From: a candidate division WOR-3 bacterium
GTDB taxonomy: Bacteria; Hydrothermota; Tepidihabitantia; Tepidihabitantales; Tepidihabitantaceae
Assembly (NCBI GenBank): GCA_965648935.1
Contig: CBFGIY010000071.1
Location: forward strand, 1-11,947
Reading direction: 5' to 3'
Length of the DNA stretch: 11,947 nucleotides
The notes under the pieces were generated by a model. It was not told the origin of the DNA. It saw only the letters and a list, made by a program, of their open reading frames with translations, and made no database searches. The translations under genes and the position numbers were made by a program. Position 1 is the first letter of the stretch. Each line of letters starts with the position of its first letter. Of this stretch, positions 7,307 through 11,947 are shown one piece after another.

Positions 7307-8764
7307 ATGCGCTCAAGTCCCGCGGCCCTGCTGGTCCTCGCCCTCGGCGCGGCTGCCGCGGGCCTGAACTGGGGCCCGGACGTGGCCGTCGACACCGGGC
7401 GGCTCGGCGCGTTCGCGGTGAGCGCGGATTCGACCGGGCAGTTGTGGGCAGCGACCGGCGCCGGCAGCCGCTTGCGCCTGCTGTGTTCGAGCGACGCCGG
7501 GGCATCGTGGCAAACGCGCCTCGAGCACGATGCGGGCGCGGCCGTGACCCGGGTAGAGCTCGCGGCCGGCTGGGGCGAGCGCGACGCCGCCTACCTTGCC
7601 TTCCTGACAGAAGCCGGCGACGGCGACCTGTGGCTTCTGCGCCTCGGCCGGGACGACACCGCGGCCGCGGTCCTGCCGATTGCGGTCGGGCCGGACACGA
7701 TTGACGACTTTTCCTTCACCCTTGACCACGACCGCCGCTACTATCTTTACTGCGTCACGGCCAACGAGCGGCGCGACGGGCTGACCGGGTTCTTCACGCG
7801 CTCGACCGATTTCGGCGCGAGCTGGGAGCCGGGCCAGAGCTGGTGGAACGCGCACGACCCGCACCTGCTCTACGTTACCGGCTCGACCGTGCACTGCGTC
7901 TGGCGGTTCGCGCAGGACGGGTCGCAGATCCACCACCAGCTCAGCCGGCGCTACGGCGCGCCCGGCACCTGGGAGCCCCACCGGGTCGTCGCGCGCGGCG
8001 GGTACCTGCGCTGGGACCCGCGCATCGCCCAGACCGACACGATTCCCGAACGCGCGGCCCGGCTCTGGCTTGTCTACACGCGGGGCTGGCGTGATTCGAG
8101 CCGGACCGACATCCGGTTCGCAGTCGGAGGTAACGACGGCCGGCCGTGGGGCGATGAGCGCAACCCGAGCGACCCGTATCGCGACGAGTGGTTCGCCGAC
8201 ATCGCCACGGACCGCTGGACCCCGCACGGGATGGCGAGCATGGCCTATAATCTCGGCGGCCGGGGGCCGGCCGACTCGACCGTGGTGCTCTGGCGCTGGG
8301 CCAGTGCGTACGAGCCGGCGTTCTGGTCAGAGCCGGTGCGGGTCAGCGACCGCCGGGCGAGCGCGGGCGTGCCTGAGTGCCGGCCGCGCATCCTCTATGC
8401 GCCGAACACGCCACTGGCCCTGCCGCTGGTCTTTTTCGCCGGGTATGACCCGGTGGGCGCGCGCGGGCTGTACTGCGACGCGCCGTGGTTTGCCGCGCCC
8501 GGCGCCGCACTGCCGGTCGCGGTGACGCCCAACCCGGCGCGGGACCGGGTCGGGCTTGCGTTTGCCGCGCCGGCCGCGGGCCGCTACACGCTGGCCGTGT
8601 ACGACTGCCTCGGGCGGCAGCGTTTCTTTGTGGCGCGCCGGGCCGAGGCGGGCGCAGCGCTGCGGCTGGAATGGGACGCGCGCGGCGCGCCGGCGGGCAG
8701 CTATGTCGCCGTCGCACGCGGGGCCGGCCGGCAGTGGCACGCGATGTTCACGCTGGTGCGCTGA
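7307..8764 (+). CDS. Secreted Asp-box/BNR (sialidase-like) beta-propeller protein with T9SS type A-like CTD (485 aa)
   Basis: Signal peptide MRSSPAALLVLALGAAAAG. Asp-boxes SSDAGASW and STDFGASW, plus degenerate SRRYGAPGTW and GGNDGRPW. C-terminal VTPNPARD...AVYDCLGRQ...WDARGAPAGSYVAVARG...MFTLVR. Sialidase activity is not established. Confidence 0.85.
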   Translation: MRSSPAALLVLALGAAAAGLNWGPDVAVDTGRLGAFAVSADSTGQLWAATGAGSRLRLLCSSDAGASWQTRLEHDAGAAVTRVELAAGWGERDAAYLAFLTEAGDGDLWLLRLGRDDTAAAVLPIAVGPDTIDDFSFTLDHDRRYYLYCVTANERRDGLTGFFTRSTDFGASWEPGQSWWNAHDPHLLYVTGSTVHCVWRFAQDGSQIHHQLSRRYGAPGTWEPHRVVARGGYLRWDPRIAQTDTIPERAARLWLVYTRGWRDSSRTDIRFAVGGNDGRPWGDERNPSDPYRDEWFADIATDRWTPHGMASMAYNLGGRGPADSTVVLWRWASAYEPAFWSEPVRVSDRRASAGVPECRPRILYAPNTPLALPLVFFAGYDPVGARGLYCDAPWFAAPGAALPVAVTPNPARDRVGLAFAAPAAGRYTLAVYDCLGRQRFFVARRAEAGAALRLEWDARGAPAGSYVAVARGAGRQWHAMFTLVR

Positions 8765-8782
8765 CCGACGAAAGGAGAAGTG

Positions 8783-9373
8783 ATGAAGCTAACCAGATTG
8801 CTCACAGTTCTTCTGGCCGGGACACTCGCGCTGGGCGGGTTGTGCAAGGACGAGCCGCGGCCGCCGCGGCGGTGGCAGCCGGGGTTCTTCGAGCCGCTGC
8901 CGGGCCGGATGTGGTCGTGGCCGGCCGGGCTGGCGGTGGAGCGCATCTGCGGTGCCTACGACGAGATACCGGCGTCGGAACTGCCCCTGGAGCTGGCCGT
9001 GCGCAACTACAACGCCCGGCGGGTGGACGTGAAGATGCCGGCGGGCCTGGTGTTCAGTCCGTTCAACAGCGAGTACCAGCACATGATGCTGCTGCAGAAG
9101 TTTCACTTCTCGCTGCCCGAGGGCGACACGGTCGTCCACCTGCCGACCTACTGCGCCAACGAGGACCTTGACGAGCCGGACGACGAGAGCTTCTACGAGG
9201 TCGCCCTGCAGGTCTGGGAACTGGAGCTGGGCGAGCTTTTCGATATCGTCGAGCCGAAGCTGCTCGAGGGCAACGCGGTGGACCTCGCCCAGGACGCGCT
9301 CTTTGAGATTACCGAGGGCGGGTCGCTCACCGACTCGACGCGCGCGAAGCTGGCCGCGCTGCCCGACCGCTAG
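8783..9373 (+). CDS. Putative lipoprotein/exported protein with thioester-domain-like motifs, paralog A (196 aa)
   Basis: AAGGAG SD 5 nt before the ATG at 8783. Signal MKLTRLLTVLLAGTLALGGL-C21 (atypical lipobox). Motifs PAGLVF...YQHMMLL, TYCANE...P and AQDALFEITEGG. Colinear with 11267..11893. Confidence 0.85.
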   Translation: MKLTRLLTVLLAGTLALGGLCKDEPRPPRRWQPGFFEPLPGRMWSWPAGLAVERICGAYDEIPASELPLELAVRNYNARRVDVKMPAGLVFSPFNSEYQHMMLLQKFHFSLPEGDTVVHLPTYCANEDLDEPDDESFYEVALQVWELELGELFDIVEPKLLEGNAVDLAQDALFEITEGGSLTDSTRAKLAALPDR

Positions 9374-9424
9374 GAAAACTCCATACCGGTTCCCCTGCCG
9401 CTGAAACAGCCGGGCTTTGTCCCG

Positions 9425-11224
9425 ATGACGCTGGCCGAGGCGCGTTCTCTCGGCTGGGAAGAACTCGACGCGGTCATCGTGACGGGCGACGCCTACGTCG
9501 ACCACCCGTCGTTCGGCGCCGCGGTAATTGCCCGGGTGCTCATCGACGCGGGTTTCCGCGCCGGCATCATCGCCCAGCCGCGCTGGCAGGACGGGGAGGG
9601 GTTCACGGCACTGGGCCGGCCCCGGCTGTTCTTCGGCGTGACCGCGGGCAATGTCGACTCGCTCGTGGCAAACCTGTCGCCAGCGCGGGCGCGCCGGCGC
9701 GAGGACGACTACGCGCCGGGCGGCCGGCCGGGCGTGCGGCCGGACCGCGCGACGCTGGTTTACTGCAACCGGCTGCGCGAGCTGTACCCGGGCGTGCCGC
9801 TGGTCCTGGGCGGCATCGAGGCGAGCCTGCGCCGGCTGGCCCACTACGACTACTGGGACGACGCGGTGCGGCGGTCGCTCGTGGTGGACGCGCGCGCGGA
9901 CCTGCTAGTTTACGGAATGGGCGAGCGGCAGGTTGTCGAGGCGGCGCGGCGCCTGGCCGCGGGCGCCGGGCTTGACGGCATCACCGGCACCTGCATTGTC
10001 CGGCGCGCGCGGCCCGACGGCTCGGTCGAGCTGCCCTCGTTCGAGGCGGCGCGCGACGACAGGCAGGCCTTCGCCGAGGCGTTCCGGCTGTGGTATCGCA
10101 CGGCGCACGACCCCGGAGGCCCGGTCGTGGCCCAGGCCCACGCCGGGCGGTTCGTGGTGCAGTACCCGATGGCCCCGCCCCTTGCGCCGGCCGAGCTGGA
10201 CCGGGTGTACGAGTTGCCCTATGCCCGGCGCGCGCACCCATCGTACGCCGAGCCGGTGCCGGCGCTCGAGCCGGTGCGGTTTTCCATCACCGCGCACCGC
10301 GGCTGTCTCGGCACCTGCGCGTTCTGCTCGCTCGGCGCGCACCAGGGCCGCATCATCCAGGCCCGCTCGGCCGAGTCGGTCGTGCGCGAGGCCCGGCGGA
10401 TGACCCGGCAGGAGGGCTTCAAGGGTCACATCACCGACCTCGGCGGGCCCAGCGCGAATTCCTGGGGCGCGACCTGCCCGCAGATGCGCCGGGGCCGGGC
10501 GTGCGCCGGGCGCGAGTGCGCCTTCCCGCGGCGGTGCCGCGAGCTCGAGCTCGGGCTGGAGCGCGAGCTCGCCCTGCTTGCCGCGGTGCGGGCCGTGCCG
10601 GGCGTGAAGCGCGTGACCGTGGGTTCGGGCGTGCGCTTTGACCTGCTCGACGACGCGGCCGGGTTGCGCTACATCGACCAGCTCTGCCGGTTCCACATCT
10701 CCGGCCAGTTGCGGGTCGCGCCCGAGCACTGCTCGGACGCGGTGCTCGCGCAGATGCGCAAGGCGAATCATGAAAGCTACCTGCGTTTCCGCGAGAGCTT
10801 CGCGGAAGCCAACCGGCGGCTCGGGCGAAAGCAGTACCTGATTCCTTACTTCATATCGGGCCATCCCGGCGCGACCGCGGACGACGCGGTCGAGCTGGCC
10901 GAGTTCCTTGTCCGGGTCGAGCGGTTCGGGGTCAGGCAGGTGCAGCAGTTCACGCCCCTGCCGATGACGCTCGCGGCTGCGACCTGGCACTGCGGATTCG
11001 ACCCGCTGACCGGCAGGCCGGTGCACGTGCCGCGCGACGAGCGCGAGCAGAAGCTCCAGCGCGCGCTGCTCCAGCTCTACCTGCCGGCGAACTTTCGGCT
11101 GGCCGAGCGCGAACTTTCCCGTCTCGGCCGGCGCGACCTCATCGAGCGCATCCGGCGGCTGCGGCCGCTGCTGGGCGGGCTGCGCCGCGAGAGCGCCGGC
11201 CCGGCCCGGCGCAAGCGGGCTTGA
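9425..11224 (+). CDS. ygiQ: YgiQ family (UPF0313) radical SAM protein
   Basis: Family motifs LGWEELD.VIVTGDAYVDHPSFG, IIAQP, FFGVTAGNVDS, RPDRA, GGIEASLRRLAHYDYWDD.VRRS. Radical SAM motif HRGCLGTCAFC (CxxxCxxC), then DLGGPSAN, SGVRFDL, SGQLRVAPEH, QYLIPYFISGHPG, QVQQFTPLPMT. The true start may lie slightly upstream of 9425. Confidence 0.96.
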   Translation: MTLAEARSLGWEELDAVIVTGDAYVDHPSFGAAVIARVLIDAGFRAGIIAQPRWQDGEGFTALGRPRLFFGVTAGNVDSLVANLSPARARRREDDYAPGGRPGVRPDRATLVYCNRLRELYPGVPLVLGGIEASLRRLAHYDYWDDAVRRSLVVDARADLLVYGMGERQVVEAARRLAAGAGLDGITGTCIVRRARPDGSVELPSFEAARDDRQAFAEAFRLWYRTAHDPGGPVVAQAHAGRFVVQYPMAPPLAPAELDRVYELPYARRAHPSYAEPVPALEPVRFSITAHRGCLGTCAFCSLGAHQGRIIQARSAESVVREARRMTRQEGFKGHITDLGGPSANSWGATCPQMRRGRACAGRECAFPRRCRELELGLERELALLAAVRAVPGVKRVTVGSGVRFDLLDDAAGLRYIDQLCRFHISGQLRVAPEHCSDAVLAQMRKANHESYLRFRESFAEANRRLGRKQYLIPYFISGHPGATADDAVELAEFLVRVERFGVRQVQQFTPLPMTLAAATWHCGFDPLTGRPVHVPRDEREQKLQRALLQLYLPANFRLAERELSRLGRRDLIERIRRLRPLLGGLRRESAGPARRKRA

Positions 11225-11249
11225 CCAGCGGCCGGTTTGCGGCGAAACT
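11221..11249 (+). promoter_or_regulatory. Putative sigma70-type promoter for paralog B, overlapping the ygiQ stop codon
   Basis: TTGACC (11221-11226), 17-nt spacer, GAAACT (11244-11249), followed by AGGAGG SD at 11256-11261. Confidence 0.45.
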
Positions 11250-11266
11250 GTCGGCAGGAGGAACGC

Positions 11267-11893
11267 GTGAAGAAGAAGCTTCCGGTTCTCGTCTTCGTGC
11301 TTGCGCTGGCCGGCTGTTCGTGGCTGAACAAGCCGCAGGACTTCGAGCCGACCGGCATCCAGTTCGCTCTCAACCCGGCCGTGCCGGTGGAATGCATCAT
11401 CGGCGAAGCGCCCTGGTACAACCCGAACGGCTGGACGACCATCGGGCTGGCAGTCCGCGGCGATTCGGCCGCGTGGGCCGAAACCCTGCCCGGCGGCCTT
11501 TTCTTCAGAGCGAAGTCGAAAAGCGTCCAGAACATCATCCTGCTCAAACGGCACATCATCCGCGGCGTGCCCTATGACACAGTTTTCCCTATCGGCGGAT
11601 TCTGCGTGAACTCGACGCGCGACCTGCCCGGCACGCTCGATACGTTCGAGCTCGGCCCGGTGACTGATAACCGGGACATCAAGCGGCTGGTTGACGCGGT
11701 GGCGGACAAGGACATCCGCTACGGCGCGGCCGGCTGGCTCCAGCTCGCCGTGTGGGAGGTCACCGAGGGGGGCAAGCTTTCGGACTACTGGCTGGATTCG
11801 ATTGCCAACCTGCCGCCGGACACGGGCGGGCTCGCGCCGAACCGGCGGCCCGGCCGCCACGCAGAGAAGCTCCAATACGGGCGGGGACGATGA
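11267..11893 (+). CDS. Lipoprotein with thioester-domain-like motifs, paralog B (208 aa)
   Basis: AGGAGG SD 5 nt before the GTG at 11267. Canonical lipobox MKKKLPVLVFVLALAG-C17. Motifs PGGLFF...VQNIILL, GFCVNS...P and LQLAVWEVTEGG. Confidence 0.88.
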   Translation: MKKKLPVLVFVLALAGCSWLNKPQDFEPTGIQFALNPAVPVECIIGEAPWYNPNGWTTIGLAVRGDSAAWAETLPGGLFFRAKSKSVQNIILLKRHIIRGVPYDTVFPIGGFCVNSTRDLPGTLDTFELGPVTDNRDIKRLVDAVADKDIRYGAAGWLQLAVWEVTEGGKLSDYWLDSIANLPPDTGGLAPNRRPGRHAEKLQYGRGR

Positions 11894-11947
11894 AACGCTG
11901 GCTTGCACTGGGATGCGCCGCGGCCGCGGCGAGACTCCTTACCGGGA
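11890..11947 (+). CDS. 5' fragment of a probable exported protein (truncated by the window edge)
   Basis: ATGA start/stop overlap with the upstream gene. MKRWLALGCAAAAARLLTG resembles a signal peptide, but only 19 codons are visible. Confidence 0.5.
   Translation, partial: MKRWLALGCAAAAARLLTG

Noticed and set aside
7307..8764. Calling the Asp-box protein a true sialidase
   Set aside because: I could not identify an (F)RIP motif or arginine triad, and Asp-boxes alone are structural.
9371..9373. TAG as a pyrrolysine or recoded codon
   Set aside because: Paralog B's homology ends at about the same position (LP), TAG also ends other genes here (7260 and 1717), and no pyl genes are visible.
174..11908. 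Long antisense or alternate-frame ORFs (e.g. 174..1043 +, 2765..3793 +, 3537..5105 +, 5956..6870 +, 8789..9844 -, 9905..11908 -)
   Set aside because: These are shadow ORFs of real genes, expected at high GC3, with no recognisable motifs.
1..11947. CRISPR arrays, tRNA/rRNA genes, riboswitches and intrinsic terminators
   Set aside because: All intergenic gaps are 90 nt or less, and I saw no spaced direct repeats, cloverleaf, or hairpin followed by a U-tract.

Overview
Very GC-rich (about 70% by eye), gene-dense bacterial DNA with no RNA genes, mobile elements or CRISPR array. The left half is a minus-strand run of mostly secreted proteins. In transcription order these are an alpha/beta-hydrolase with a GHSMGG cutinase/polyester-hydrolase-like core, an 8-repeat FG-GAP/VCBS beta-propeller, a 7-repeat beta-propeller, a YdeI/OmpD-associated protein, and an M28 zinc peptidase with an FN3 domain that runs off the left edge and is missing from the ORF track. 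The first three end in a near-identical ~70-aa C-terminal module resembling a variant type IX secretion (T9SS) sorting domain; its style suggests candidate phylum WOR-3 (inference). The right half is on the plus strand: a small possibly Sm-fold protein, an Asp-box/BNR protein with a more canonical T9SS-type CTD, and a YgiQ-family radical SAM gene flanked by two paralogous ~200-aa putative lipoproteins. The most interesting signal is in these two paralogs. They carry the three hallmark motifs of Cys-Gln thioester domains ([YF]C, QxAxW and a YQNLL-like strand) at identical spacing, but with the candidate thioester Gln strand before the Cys, i.e. a candidate circularly permuted, lipid-anchored thioester domain. 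Several sigma70-type promoters are readable, and three of them imply leaderless or near-leaderless mRNAs.
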